A stretch of 63,472 bases of DNA, counting the filler, from Sphacelaria rigidula (taxonomy: Eukaryota), in assembly GCA_964200075.2 (NCBI GenBank). It is 6 parts of 6 records of this genome, joined end to end, with 100 filler letters (N's around TTAATTAATTAA, not from the genome) between each part and the next. Parts side by side here need not be neighbours in the genome. Positions count along the whole stretch, not along the records: positions 21,194 to 31,688 come from CAXNAA020006391.1; positions 31,789 to 42,283 come from CAXNAA020006392.1; 4 more parts are not named here. One strand, 5' to 3'. Made by a program: the position numbers and the translations under genes. Below, in pieces: positions 25,870 to 38,208 of the stretch; the stretch's first letter is position 1; each line of letters starts with the position of its first letter. The notes below the pieces were generated by a model. The model worked only from the letters and a program-made list of their open reading frames with translations. It was not told the origin of the DNA and did no database searches.

Positions 25870-26200
25870 GAATACTCGGGTATAATACCCCAGTATTTGG
25901 TCTACTCAATTTTTGGGTAGATTGGGTACGACTTCAATATTCTTCTCAAATTCTGAGTAGATTGGGCGCGGCCTCAAATACTCTATTCAAATTTGGGTAG
26001 ATTGAGTACGACCTCAAATACTCTACTCAAACGTTGGCTAAGTACTCTCAGTAATACGTGAGTATAGTGTCGCTGGGGTATGACCTCGAATACTCTACTC
26101 AAATACTGGGTAGATTGAGTATGACCTCAAACACTTTCCTCAAATATCGGGTAAGCACTCTCAGTGATACTCAGGTATAGAGTATCGCTTGGGTATGGTG
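25870..26200. repeat. 41-bp tandem array (family A), second copy
   Basis: Same unit and the same interspersed module (gtaagcactctcagtgatactc...agagtatcgcttgggtatg) as 7490-8215. Confidence 0.85.
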
Positions 26201-26889
26201 AGTAACCGTGACCGTCGGCGACTTCGTGACGTAACTTCAGAGACTAAGTTGAATATATGGGCGAATTATGGGCATCAATGAGATGAGTGACGTTACGTCA
26301 CGTGCTACAATGAGTATGAGGGAATGGTACAGTACAAATACCTCACCAGCAACTGCCGTAGCCACCACCCCGGCAATCAGCCGCTTTATAGAAATGCAGT
26401 GCTGTATTGAAGGTGGATGAAATATCCGTACTTTATGATACTCGGCAGTACTGTCTGTACCCCATGGTCCTGCGCTGTCCTACACTATAAGCGTTGAAAT
26501 GTTATGGCACTGCTCCCTAAAAGGATCACAGCTCTCCAATGACAGCATCGACCGCGACTGCCTCCTGGCGTTCCTCATGGCAATCTCGAGGCCTAGTCGC
26601 GGTATGTCCCATACCCCTCTTGCTGTTCCAGGTGTCGCTGCGCAGGGTGGCCGCACATAAACTAGCTGATAATTCGAACCAAGGAACAGACATCTCTTGG
26701 TCTTGGGGAAAACTTCTGTGTATAGTCTCGACACGGCAAGGAACCCCCACCCACACGACTTGAGTCAGAAATCAAAACGTGAACAAGTGTGCTTTTCGGT
26801 GAAAATAAATTTGATGTTTCCGAGATTGTGTGGTGAGATCAAGGGTCTGTCGAGCGAAATGTTTCGGACACGTAGGCCACCCCCCCCTC

Positions 26890-27260
26890 CCGGAGGGCAT
26901 TTTTTCGAAAATGGTCGTGATATTTTCGATTTTGTTTTGTCGAGTTTCTCGCAAGGAATTGATCAATAAACATTGTTTTGATCATGTCCGTTAATTTTGT
27001 TACAAGAAATTGATCAATCAACGCTGATAAAAACGGAAAAGTCTGGTGGGCTTTGTGGGGTCCGTGTATCTGCTTCTGCTCCTTGCCAGTTCTGTCCCGA
27101 TGACCTCAGATGCCGGAGGGCATTTTTCCGACAATTAAAATTATCCTGTTTTTTTCAATTTTTTCTGTGAACTTTGTTGCAAGAAATTAATCAATAAACA
27201 TTGACAAAATCCAAAGAGTTTGGTGGGCTTTGCGTGGTATATGTTCGCTTCTGCTCCTCT
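26890..27260 (+). repeat. Diverged tandem duplication, period ~225 bp
   Basis: ccggagggcatttt...aattgatcaataaacattg...tggtgggctttg...gcttctgctcct occurs twice. Confidence 0.75.
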
Positions 27261-27594
27261 ACATATTTATTAATATGTGGGGAAGGCCTATCACTAGACT
27301 AGTCAGGGACCTACGGGGGAGACTGCCGTCCTGATGCTGAAGGAACTCCGAGGCAGGCGATGACTTCCTCTTGTATATGTAGGCGAGAAGTGGGCGCCGG
27401 GGGCGACCCAGACCTTGGGGGATGTTGGGCCGTCCTATATTAGGCTCTTCCTGGCATCAACCCAAGTTATCTAGTTACGTCGGCATTACAGGGTCCTCGG
27501 TGATCCGGTCCTTCCGGAATGTTCCTACCTTGACCCTGCTTGCGCTGGGTCTGTATACATGTGTGACATCAGTCTCTGATATGTCACTGCAAAG

Positions 27595-27900
27595 AGATAT
27601 TTATAATATATGATATATAATATAATATAATGATCGTATACTATATATTATACAGCATCTATATACATTAATATATAATTACATAATATAGTATATGCTG
27701 CCCCTTGATGAATATTCATATATATAATTATATAATATATAAACATATTGTATACATTGAGGAAAAGAAGCATATGTGTAATATAGATCTATAATATTGA
27801 CCTATATTATATGGTACATAATATATGAAATATAGAATATGAAACATAATATATTAAATTAAATATATGAGATATAATATATCATATATAATGTATAAGG
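27595..27900. repeat. AT-rich low-complexity (degenerate TA) tract
   Basis: Almost entirely tatata/ataat runs within ~50% GC surroundings. Confidence 0.85.
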
Positions 27901-28204
27901 ATCTCTACTGTCTACGGCAGCTGACCACATCCGCCAACGCCTCGGCGAAAAACCTGGGGCACACGGCTGTGTGTCCCCCCCCTCAAAAACTCGAATTTTC
28001 GATTATGGGGCCTACGTGTCCCGAAATAGATTCTTTACAGACTCTTGGTGAGATGCATCTTTTTCCCTGCACTGCGAAGTTTATGCTTATCAACATGCCG
28101 AGAAGATGGGTTACCAATGTTTACCGTGCCCTGTTGTAAACGAGGTAGGTAGACTTTGCACCGGTACTTGGAGCAGTGGGATGGGCTAATCAGGAACAGT
28201 ATAG

Positions 28205-29602
28205 ATGCCTGTCATGCGTGATCAGACCACGAATGTGTATCGGTTTTGCGTGTCTAGTTGTCCTACACGAGCTCCTAGGATCCACACTAAATCAACAAAG
28301 CGCTCTTTCTTCGTGTTTGTCCTAGGCGGTAGCCTGTTGCTGGATGCCTGCATCGTTGCACTTAACGGGGCTTCCGAGCAAGGGTCGTACTTGCCCACGA
28401 AATACTTGCAGCTGGCGTCACTACAGTTCTGCATAGCTTGCCGTGGCGTGAGCACGTTATGCGTGACCATCCATGGATGTACACCCCGATGGCTATGGGC
28501 ACCTTCTGCGGAGCAATCTCGGACTCCGACAGCCGGAAACAGATACCTCCCCCGCAGGACTCCCAGGACTCGGATACCTTTGTTGCGAGCTCGTGAAGTG
28601 GTGTGGACGTTGACTGCTGACGCGGAGTTTATGTCCAGCGAGAGCGAGGTCTTGGCCAATGTACGTTGTGTATGCTTCGACGACGAGTTCAACGGTAGTC
28701 TGAACAATGTCGTCTGGCCCCAGCGACTCAGGAAAATTGTGTTTGGCACCAGCCGGGTGTTTAGCAACAGAAGGGGACCCGATCGAGCAGTATTCAACCG
28801 ATCGATTACGAGAGTGGCGTGGCCTACCTCTCTGCAACAGTTGGAGTTCGGGAGGCGGTTCGACCAACCAGTTGCAGGTGTGACGTGGCCTACGTCATTG
28901 CAACAGCTGGCGTTCGGAGATTCCTTCAACAACCCGATCAAGGATATCACCTGGCCTTCACTGCAGCAGTTGACATTCGGACATAATTTCAACCAACCAA
29001 TCGAAGGTGTGGTTTGGCCTCCCTCTCTACAGCAGTTGACGTTCAGGCGGTCGTTCGACCAGCCCATTGAAGGTGTGTCGTGGCCTGCATCACTGCAACA
29101 GCTGACATTCGAGCGAGACTTCAACCAGCCAGTCGAGCGGGTTGCATGGCCTGCTTCACTTCAGCGGTTGACGTTCGGAAATAATTTCAACCAACCAATC
29201 GAGCTTGTGGCTTGGCCTGCATCTCTGAAGCAGGTAGTATTCGGACGAAATTTCAACCAGCCAGTCGAGCGGGTAGCGTGGCCTGCTTCGCTGCAGCGGT
29301 TGACGTTCGGGACACGCTTCGACCAACCGATCGAAAGTGTGGAGTGGCCTGCTTCTTTTCATCAGTTGACGCTAGGAGAATGCTTCAACCAACCAATCGA
29401 AAGCGTGGTGTGGCCTGCTTCGCTGCGTGACTTAAAATTCGGGAGGAACTTCAATCAGCCAATCAAGCTTGTGGTATGGCCTGTTTCGCTGCAGCGGGTG
29501 ACATTTGGGGACGGGTTTCGTCAGCCAATTCGGGATGTGACGTGGCCCACTCACCTTTCGGTCCACGTGAAACGAGCAAAACAAGTAGCGATACTCCGAT
29601 GA
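28205..29602 (+). CDS. FNIP (IP22) repeat protein with ~13 tandem 22-aa LRR-like repeats
   Basis: Repeats FNQPIxxVxWPASLQQLTFGxx from about 28680 to 29560 in an uninterrupted frame. A pyrimidine tract plus CTAG acceptor at 28325 suggests the true exon starts at 28326, with a possible short first exon at 28106-28148 (MGYQCLPCPVVNEV). Confidence 0.9.
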   Translation: MPVMRDQTTNVYRFCVSSCPTRAPRIHTKSTKRSFFVFVLGGSLLLDACIVALNGASEQGSYLPTKYLQLASLQFCIACRGVSTLCVTIHGCTPRWLWAPSAEQSRTPTAGNRYLPRRTPRTRIPLLRAREVVWTLTADAEFMSSESEVLANVRCVCFDDEFNGSLNNVVWPQRLRKIVFGTSRVFSNRRGPDRAVFNRSITRVAWPTSLQQLEFGRRFDQPVAGVTWPTSLQQLAFGDSFNNPIKDITWPSLQQLTFGHNFNQPIEGVVWPPSLQQLTFRRSFDQPIEGVSWPASLQQLTFERDFNQPVERVAWPASLQRLTFGNNFNQPIELVAWPASLKQVVFGRNFNQPVERVAWPASLQRLTFGTRFDQPIESVEWPASFHQLTLGECFNQPIESVVWPASLRDLKFGRNFNQPIKLVVWPVSLQRVTFGDGFRQPIRDVTWPTHLSVHVKRAKQVAILR

Positions 29603-31856
29603 GCGTTTTTCCCGGAGAAGATTGTGGATCAGTCGTTTTTCAAGCGGTAGTGTGAGAATGTTCACGGATGGCCGATTGTGCATGTTATCTACACTATGGA
29701 GCGTCCCCAGGTCATCGGCAACTTGAACGGCATGTGCATATCGTGAGCCGAGTTGCAAAGTGAATGTTCCAGGGTACAGGTGGGTTGGCGGCGGTTACAC
29801 AACGCTACAACGCGTGCGACCACAACCCTATTCATACTGCACGCACATCGTTCGACTCGTCCATGACGTATTGTACCTTGTGGACGCTCCAAAATGCGTT
29901 GTGGACGTGTATCTGCGGGCATCGTCTTGGACGGGAAAGGGGGGACTCAAAGATGGGCATGGGAAAGGACCGGCGGATAAGCCTAACCGAAATTGGGAAG
30001 GTTCGCAATCTGACGACTACGACACAATCGCCAGAAACACATTATTCCATCACCACATGAAATACGGAGCGACGACTTTCGTGGCGGCATCGGCGTCCGA
30101 GGGAAAAACCTCAAGCAAGGAAGAACAGAAGGAAAGAGAAGCGAGAAAGACGAGCAAAGAAACCACATGACCGAACGAACGTATGTATTGCCGACCAGGC
30201 GGTACTGTTTGTGCTGATGATGTTGGGCTTGTTTACCTTCGCCTTTCAGGTTCACATACTCCCCTTCGCGTTCCTGCAGTAGACTACTAGTGTTTTTGCA
30301 CGTTTTTCCTGTGTATCTTATTGTTTCCAGATTTGTCTCTTATTGTTTCCAGATGATTCGACGGTGTCTTCTCGTTTTTGATATCAATCCGCGTTCGTTG
30401 ATCTTGTTTGTGTGCCATCAATAGTCAACAAGTGATCCGAAGTATATGCTCTCACTTTATATTGGTGACTCCTTTCTGCTTTACCGGTATACCGTTGCCC
30501 GGAAACTTTTCTCCGTCCGAGGTTGTTTGTCCTTCTCCTAGTCACGGTAGTGACACACCCACCACCAGAGGAGTGGTGTTCCTTATGCGTGATTGTCCGA
30601 GATCGCTCACCTCTTAACCGTCCGTTTGAACAAAGTGGCCCATACGATGATTCTAATGGGGAAAAATCAGGTGCCCCTCCTTGGGAGGACACCGTGCACC
30701 GCGCGAGATGAAGGACACCACAAGACCTGGAGCGTGGAGCTTGCATGTCTCTTGTCTCAGAGTGACAGTATGATGAGTGATGTCATAATGGCAGGATGAT
30801 GAGAGACAGTCGGCGTACAGGAATATCGCAGTCCTCGACCAGACCCGAAGTGGAACACAGAAGCTGTCGGGGTTTGAGGGGTATCGCGGGACGTAGCATT
30901 GAAGCAAATAAATGCTTGACAAATAAATTAGTCTCGATCACGGAGAGGACGGTACCAAGCTGGATCTTGGGTGGAAGATCGTATGCCGACTGGGATTTTT
31001 GAATCACGTACCGTCGCGGGTTTTCGGATAAGGTCTGTTTGGTCCGATGGCCGTACGTGGAGTTGGTTGAGAAAAATGGGACTGTTGTACGGTGCGGTAC
31101 ATTACCGTGCACTGTGCGGAGGGCGTGCTGTACATGTCTGTACTCTACAATATCGACACTACGCATGTGTCTCGATCCACCAACTGTACTGCTGAACTGA
31201 CTTCTTGGGAGCTGCAAAGGTTGGAGGCTGGCCTATGCTGTCCCGTGACGGGAAATGTTTTCCAATTCCAATTTCACAAAGTGAGGTTGGTTTCTGCTGC
31301 GGGTAGAAATTCGACTCGCTGGTTTTTTGCAACTCCGTTTTTGCTTCAAGATTCTTGCGACCTGATTCTTGCGGTAGTTTTTTTATGGGTAATGACCTAA
31401 AAAACGTATACCTCCTCGATTTTTGCCTAGGAAGGGTACGAAAAATGGCCAGAAACGCGAAAACAGCCAAACACGCCATGTTGACCGTTTTCGCTCCGGA
31501 GTTTTCATGCACATCGTTCGGGGGGGGCATTGGCACCCGGGACTCGAAAAAAACGGATAAAAAACATGTTACTCGAGAGATACGGCCACGCAAAGACGGA
31601 CATTTCGCCTCCAGAAACCGCTCACCTTTTGTATGCCACATTTCGCCGAGGTATACCTGATCTAGGAATTCTTTTTTAATCGTACCTTNNNNNNNNNNNN
31701 NNNNNNNNNNNNNNNNNNNNNNNNNNNNNNNNTTAATTAATTAANNNNNNNNNNNNNNNNNNNNNNNNNNNNNNNNNNNNNNNNNNNNGGGAAAGCACTG
31801 TTTTAGGCTTGAGCCTCATCTCGAAGTTAAACCTCAATTCTCACAATTTGTTGTTA

Positions 31857-32027
31857 CATATCGACGTGAGGTGACACTTTATTAGGGACTTAGTTAGGAC
31901 GGGAGCAGTAAGGATTGTTCATGTAGATTCGGAGTGGCAACACGCTGATATCCTTACAAAGCCGCTCCCAATCACGCTGTTCAAGAGGCACCGTCGCGCC
32001 TTAATGAACACTTGGGATAGCGAGTAG
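31857..32027 (+). mobile_element. Copia retrotransposon RNase H C-terminus (pseudogenised)
   Basis: Translates as HIDVR*HFIRDLVRTGAVRIVHVDSEWQHADILTKPLPITLFKRHRRALMN, containing the canonical Copia HIDVRxHF and ADILTK motifs with one stop. Confidence 0.9.
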
Positions 32028-32337
32028 GCACCTATTTTGTTTTGTGTGTGTCTTTCGATTTGTCAGCTCTGGATGTTTCAGGTCATGGTTTCCGTGATGC
32101 ACCTACGCTTACATCGAGTGCAGCCGGTCACGCTACTTTGTGGGGCATGGGTTTGTAGGGCGTTTCCCGCTGTCAAGTGTACGTACCCTGGCCTGGGCGT
32201 CTGCGATAAAGGGCTGTTTGTTTTTGAGCACAAGCGGTGGAGTTTGTGTGATAGGGGGGGGGTTGCTCGGAAGGCCGAGTTTCCTCCTTATTATTTGTTC
32301 TTGAGCTTTGAGTCCTGAGGTATCCGATCAGGAAGGG

Positions 32338-32628
32338 TGTTCGAGTGATTCAGATACCTAGTAATGCTGGATCTACGTAAAACCGGGGATCGGGGTGACG
32401 TAAGAGTGCTGGCAGTCAAGTGTGTGCAAATATGGTGCAGTACGGCTGAGAGCAGCGGAGCAGACCGCCACCCTTGCCCACTCACGTTCAACCACTCTCC
32501 ATCTCGTCAGCACTCTCCCAAGTTACAGTAGAACTTGGGTGCTCTTCAATAAAAGATATAAAACCATTACCCTGTGCCTGAGCCAAGGAATAACACCCTG
32601 TGTGTAGTTTGCACAGACAGTATTAACA
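32338..32628 (+). mobile_element. 3' LTR of the Copia element (291 bp)
   Basis: Purine tract aggaaggg immediately precedes TGTT and the segment ends in AACA. It contains an internal AATAAA and lies ~310 bp after the pol stop. Confidence 0.75.
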
Positions 32629-33479
32629 GCGGATCCTAATTTTTGGGGTTGATCTCTAAAATGGGGTTGAAGTGGCATTTCTCTCTTGCAGGGAAGACGC
32701 GAAACACTTGCGACCGAGCGAAGCCATCTTCCCCCCCAAACGTCCGCAGCAGTTGAGCAGCTGTGGCTAGGTGCACCTAACGAATGCGATGTACACACGT
32801 GTCGATGACGATATCACCACAGAGAGAAGCAACGACAGAGAGGAAGCTCCTCGCCCGTGTCCTTTGTGTGTCCCCGCTCGGCGACTACCAAACTCTCGAG
32901 AGACTGGCATCATCGATCTTACTAGCATGTGCCGAATGTTTCATGCGCCAGAGCATCGACGTGCGGAGAGATTCCGCTGTCTCTTCTTGCCTGTCGCCAA
33001 CGCGAAGATCGACTTCTCTCTGCCTCTCCTTTTGGACAGGAAGTGCCTCTGTGCGCGGCAAAACATGTCGTTGAAAAAATAGGGCAATGTTCCTGTCACC
33101 GCTGCTACTGTTCTCTGTCACACACATGCCGGCAAGAGCGGTGCTGCGGCAATAACAGATATATCCAATTTGAACTTAGGAGGTGTTATTCATCGTTGAT
33201 TTTCGCCGACCTCCCCCAACGGGGTGGCCGAGCAGAAGGGCAAGTCACACGCCAGTTGAGGGGGGTGTATGAGAGATCAAACACTTGTAAAAACCTATTT
33301 GACATCCGGAGTGAAAGAAGATACCAATGGTGGTGACCTAACTGTTGCTAGCGTGGGGCATAGGCAATGTGTGGCACACGCTGGTCGCGTGAACAGCTCG
33401 GTACAGTACGAGTAGGTTCCCATGAGTAATAATTGTTCCGATGTCAGGAGGACGTGGTCACTGCAACAAACTGCACCGA

Positions 33480-36430
33480 AGTCTCAAGACCTGTGAAAGC
33501 TAGAGAGTTTGATTTTTATGTTCTGCATCCACAAAATTCAAACGGTTCTGAAAACCTGAGGGAGGACGGCTTTCCTGTCCCCCAGCCAGGCATCGATGAA
33601 CGAGAAAATACTTTCACAGGCAGATACAACACACATGGAGGCCCGGAGAAATGTCTTCCCATCAAAGTCTGGGTTGTCCTAGCTGCAAAGCGTTCCATGC
33701 GCATCACGGTGTTTGCGAAGACCCAATTCGGGTCAGGACTTGGACTTTGGAATTCCCCCGAAGTCCAAAGTCAGTCCAAAGTCCGATGGTTGCATTTCGC
33801 TCGGTTTGGACTTTTATTACGAGACGCTATTGGCCAACAGACGTGACGTGTAACGTGTAACCGTCCTCCCGACAACACACACCACACCAGCCAGCTCGCT
33901 GCTTGCGCAAGCACCAGAGCACACGCCCAGGACATGGCGGATGAACGGGTGATGGTGTGGCAGTGGATTTCTCGAAGCCAGCACAGCAACATATGCACAA
34001 AGAAATAGTATGTTGGAGACAACTTGACACAGACAGCGATTGGCGTGACGTTTATCCGGTTTGCACACAAGTTGTTGCAGCCCACAGTAGGACACTCATT
34101 CTTTGATCACAAGCTTGCACAAGTCATGAATCACATGGGCACCTGACCCCTTTTGTGTTGCCAACGTAGCTTCACCCTGTAGTGTTGTTGTGGAACACTA
34201 AGCAGAAACACCAGTAGCGTGCAGAGTGTGGAGAGAGCACTGGGTGCCGACAGCACTATTTTTCGAAGAGACCGACGCCATGACAGTACTAAAGCTCCTC
34301 AGGCAGTCAGTTCAAGCAGAGACCAATAAACCGTCTTCAAAAAGGCCTGCAGAAGAGACAGCGCATGAGTGTGTTTATGCTGCAGCACAGTGATACAGGA
34401 CATGTCCCATGCGAGAGGTGTTCCCCTGATTTCGGATGGACCATATTGGTGCTTTGCGCGAAAATAATTTATCTTCACTTTGGGTTATCCCGATCTGTGG
34501 GACGTGAGCCGATAATTAGCTCACCGGAGCACAGCCAACAGACAGTACTGACTGTACACAACAGCGATTAGCACGCACAATGTAAAACCGCAGTGTGTCA
34601 ACACAGCGGCGATTGATTGATTTTGGATACCCAAAGCATTTACAGGGACATGCGACTACGTATCAGGTTTGCTGACTAACTCTGAGGCTTGAGCAACTCC
34701 CGAGGTCACAGCTTTGAAAAACGAGACATCCTGGGCACCAGCCCACATCGGGAAAAAAAGTGTACCGGGTACCTGAGAAACAGTCTTTCCGCTCCTGCAC
34801 TGTACGCTCCTATTCATGTAGTCTACTGTACTGTCGAGGGTGCGCCATGACCGTGTTGATATATTTTCCTTCGCCGGCTTGTGGGGGCGATTACAGCAGA
34901 TCCGCGCCGCTTTCTGCTCTCGGCATAGCTTCAATCGTCACTCGCTATGCACCTACCAACTCTCCAACACTGTCCAGCACAACGGGGCACGCACTGCTCG
35001 GGAGGCCGACCTTGAGTAACACTGTCCAACGTTTTCATAAAGTAGTGATAAACCTCTGTACGACGGTCTGAAAATCTGGCTCACCCTGCACCTCCCACAG
35101 ATAAGGGTGACTCGAGGTGAGTTACAAGATTTTTGCGCGAAGCGCGATCATCGCCGAGCGCTTAATAATCGGCACTCGTCGAAAAAGGAGGACCCGTCTG
35201 AAATAAGGGAAAGAACTATCACATGAGACATGAAGGCAGACAGCTGCTACCATCAGCCGCTTGGGATACAGCAGCTCCGTGCTGCCTCAGTTTGATCGCC
35301 CCAACCTGCACGCGTCCGCCTTGCGTGTCTTTTCTGATCGCAGCACCCGACTACAACTGAACTTCCGAAGACCAGCTGCACAGACAGTCGTCACGTATTC
35401 GTTTCAATTTTGTGTGTGCAGCAGTACAGCCGTTCAGGCCCTCTCCAGCGCACATTACTCTATAGCGCTTGAATGCACAACAGTGCAGCGACGACTAAAT
35501 ACAACATGAGAATGATGGGTGTGGAAAGCGCCTTGTTGGTTTGACATGAGACGAAACAGCCAACACCGACAGTAGTCTGTATACAGGACTGCCTGCCGAA
35601 AAACATAATTTCGCTCATTTTCTGTAAGGACCAAGGGAGTGAGTGACAGTAAGGCAACTTGGGCAGTCCCAGCGGAGATCAAACCGTCTTCGCAAAGGTC
35701 CGGACACACCACAGCAAAGTGACAGCTACAGCACATGAGAGAGAGCGTGAGTATGATTGTGTTGCAGCACGGTGAAACAGCACACATCCAATGTGATAGG
35801 TCTCCCCCTCATTTCAGATGGGTCCTCAATTTTTGCCGAGGGCCGATTTTTAACCGCCCGGCCATGATCGCGGTTTGGGCGAAAATCTTTCAATTCACCT
35901 CGACTCAGCCTTATCTGTGGGAGGTGAGCCGAAAAACGTGTCCTGATCTATCGCATGCTCGCTTCCTTCTTCTCTGAACTTCCATGCAAGCCGGAATCAC
36001 GTCACGTTTGTCTCGTGTTGTTCGTGTTACTCGCTGTCAGTGTCAAGTTGTGCTCCACACTCTTTCTTCGTGCATATGCTGCTGTGCTGACTTCATGAGA
36101 ACACCAATGTCACACCGACCGTCTTCGGTGCATGGTCTGGAATACGCCCTACCCGCGATTATAGAGCTGGTGTGGTATGCGCCGGGAGGACGGAAAACCC
36201 TTCGGGTCTGTTGACCAATAGCATGAACATCTAAAAGACCAAACCGAGTGAAGACCAGAATGGCCTTTTGGCTGCGGACTTTGGGGGCAAATATGCCCCT
36301 CAGACCAGAGTGATCCAAACCGTAATGCGGACTTGGGAACGTTGACCACTAGGAAAGCCCAAGCCCAAGACCTTAATTTGGTCTTCACATCACCAAAGTC
36401 GGTGGGCTCTTCAAAACCTAGTTGTTGAAC
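33480..36430. mobile_element. Large diverged foldback / nested inverted-repeat element
   Basis: About 33780-34040 is the reverse complement of about 36030-36255, and about 35080-35225 is the reverse complement of about 35790-35935. 34370-34445 is a direct paralogue of 35755-35825. Confidence 0.65.
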
Positions 36431-36479
36431 CGAAATGGGGTTACATTCCGGTCTTGCTCTGGATTTAAAAACCGGACCC

Positions 36480-37090
36480 GATTTTGGTCTTTGCAAACAC
36501 CCTGTTGGGAAGAGAAGCAGCTCGTGCTCAGAACACGATCCTCAACGGGTGTTATCGGGGTGATACAGAGGAAGTACCTTGTTCATCAGGGGGTGTTATC
36601 GACCGTCACTGGTAAAAAAACACACAGTTTTTCGGCTCTATCCCATGCAATAAGTAAAAATAAAATAAAAAGCTATTGTTTTCATTTGTTCACGAAAACG
36701 ATTGGAACTGCGTCAATCGAGTACAAACCCTCAAGGGTCAGAACCTTGGGCTGGGTAGTCTCAGCATCCCCCGAGATCGGTCAGCGCTTAACCCTTTCGG
36801 AACCCGTTGACGATGTCTGTTTTTGTGAGTCGGCATCATCCTGACTTTAAAATGACTGAAAATGATGTCGATTCACAAAAACAGAAATCGCCAATGGGTT
36901 CCGAAAGGATCAAGTCGTTCAATAATGAGCACAGATGGTATCTCATTGCGGAATGTGGAAGGGATACCCATTATCTTCCGATCCCCAAACTTTCGGATCA
37001 AACGTTCGTTGGGATGAGCGGTGGCACGCGAAAGCACTTTCGAATATCCCCGACTACGAAAAAAACTACGAAAATCTCCTATTTTCAATG
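36480..37090 (+). mobile_element. Partial copy of the long-TIR non-autonomous element at 56387-57333
   Basis: Shared blocks such as gaggaagta(c/t)cttgttc(a/g)tca..ggggtgttatcgaccgtcactggt and aatatccccgactacgaaaaaa..aatctcctattt. Confidence 0.8.
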
Positions 37091-37370
37091 TGAATTGCCG
37101 TACGTGAGCAGTGACGAAAACTTGATCAAAATACGGATGGGGGCAAGAATAAGGAGTTATCCGGGTCCCAAGTTTGATCTACATAACACCGAAGGTAAGG
37201 TGTGATATGAGAGTACGTTTTTGAGGATACTCTGATTATTCTCTCTTCTGAGTTCTCGTTTTATCCCTTTCTCGAGACGCCTTCGGCGATTGCTGTCGTT
37301 TTTGTTTGACTTGGGCACGCACGCTCATCTTGTATCGTAACTCACCACAGTTGGAGTCGTCAAGAGGGGG

Positions 37371-37446
37371 GGGGGCGTACTCATTTGTTGCTTGCCTTAG
37401 TCGTTTGACCATTGACTACGCATCCCTTTCGAGACGGAGCACTGGC
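37371..37446 (-). mobile_element. Poly(C)-tailed retroposon-like insertion, 76-bp copy
   Basis: Perfect 15-bp direct repeat GTCGTCAAGAGGGGG at 37356-37370 and 37447-37461. Confidence 0.8.
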
Positions 37447-38208
37447 GTCGTCAAGAGGGGGTCGGTCAAGGTACGACTACCAGCCAAATAAAGAATCAAT
37501 GTCTCAACCAACGAATCAAACAATGCATCAACCAACAAATCAAGCGAGAATGTACGGATCAACAAAATCAATGAATGGGCAATGCTACGGTAGGGGTGCA
37601 CTGTTTGCGCGAAATCTAGTCTGGTTCAGGGGCTCCTAACGATTATAGATGCACAAGAATATGGGTCAGGACATCGCCGTTTGCAAATTCATTCGGGATA
37701 TCCCCAGCACATCGGAATAGTGATCCTGGCGTACTCTCACATATTTTCATAAGTCGTGTCTTGGATGAGATACAGGGCTCTCAACAATTTTAACCTCAGA
37801 AAATATTTGTGCACCCCTTCCGTAGCATCACTCGAATCAATCGATGGATCAATGTATCAACCGATAAATCATTCAAATCAATTGAATCAACAGTCAATAA
37901 ATCAATGCATAAATCAACAAACCAATCAATCAATCAAGAGACAGGTGACGCACGAATGTTGAATCGGATGTTTCCACGCCCGGACATCGGTGTATGTAGT
38001 TGGAGCGGTCAACCAGTAATTTCCGACTCCTGAGTACACGATCAAACATGCCTGGTGGGTTGTGTGGTGATAGTACGAGAAGAGAGACAATGTGCGCTCG
38101 ACTGCTAAATCTCGGGCCAAGTTTACGAGCAGGCCGATGCACAGTGAACCGCCAAAATTGGGGGGGAAAATGAAGGGAAAAAAAACACATGCATATACAT
38201 ATATATAC

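Noticed and set aside
27277-27570. Possible solo LTR (TG...CA)
   Set aside because: No TSD, PBS/PPT or second copy is visible.
28222-29124. 300-aa antisense ORF
   Set aside because: Shadow of the repetitive FNIP coding strand.
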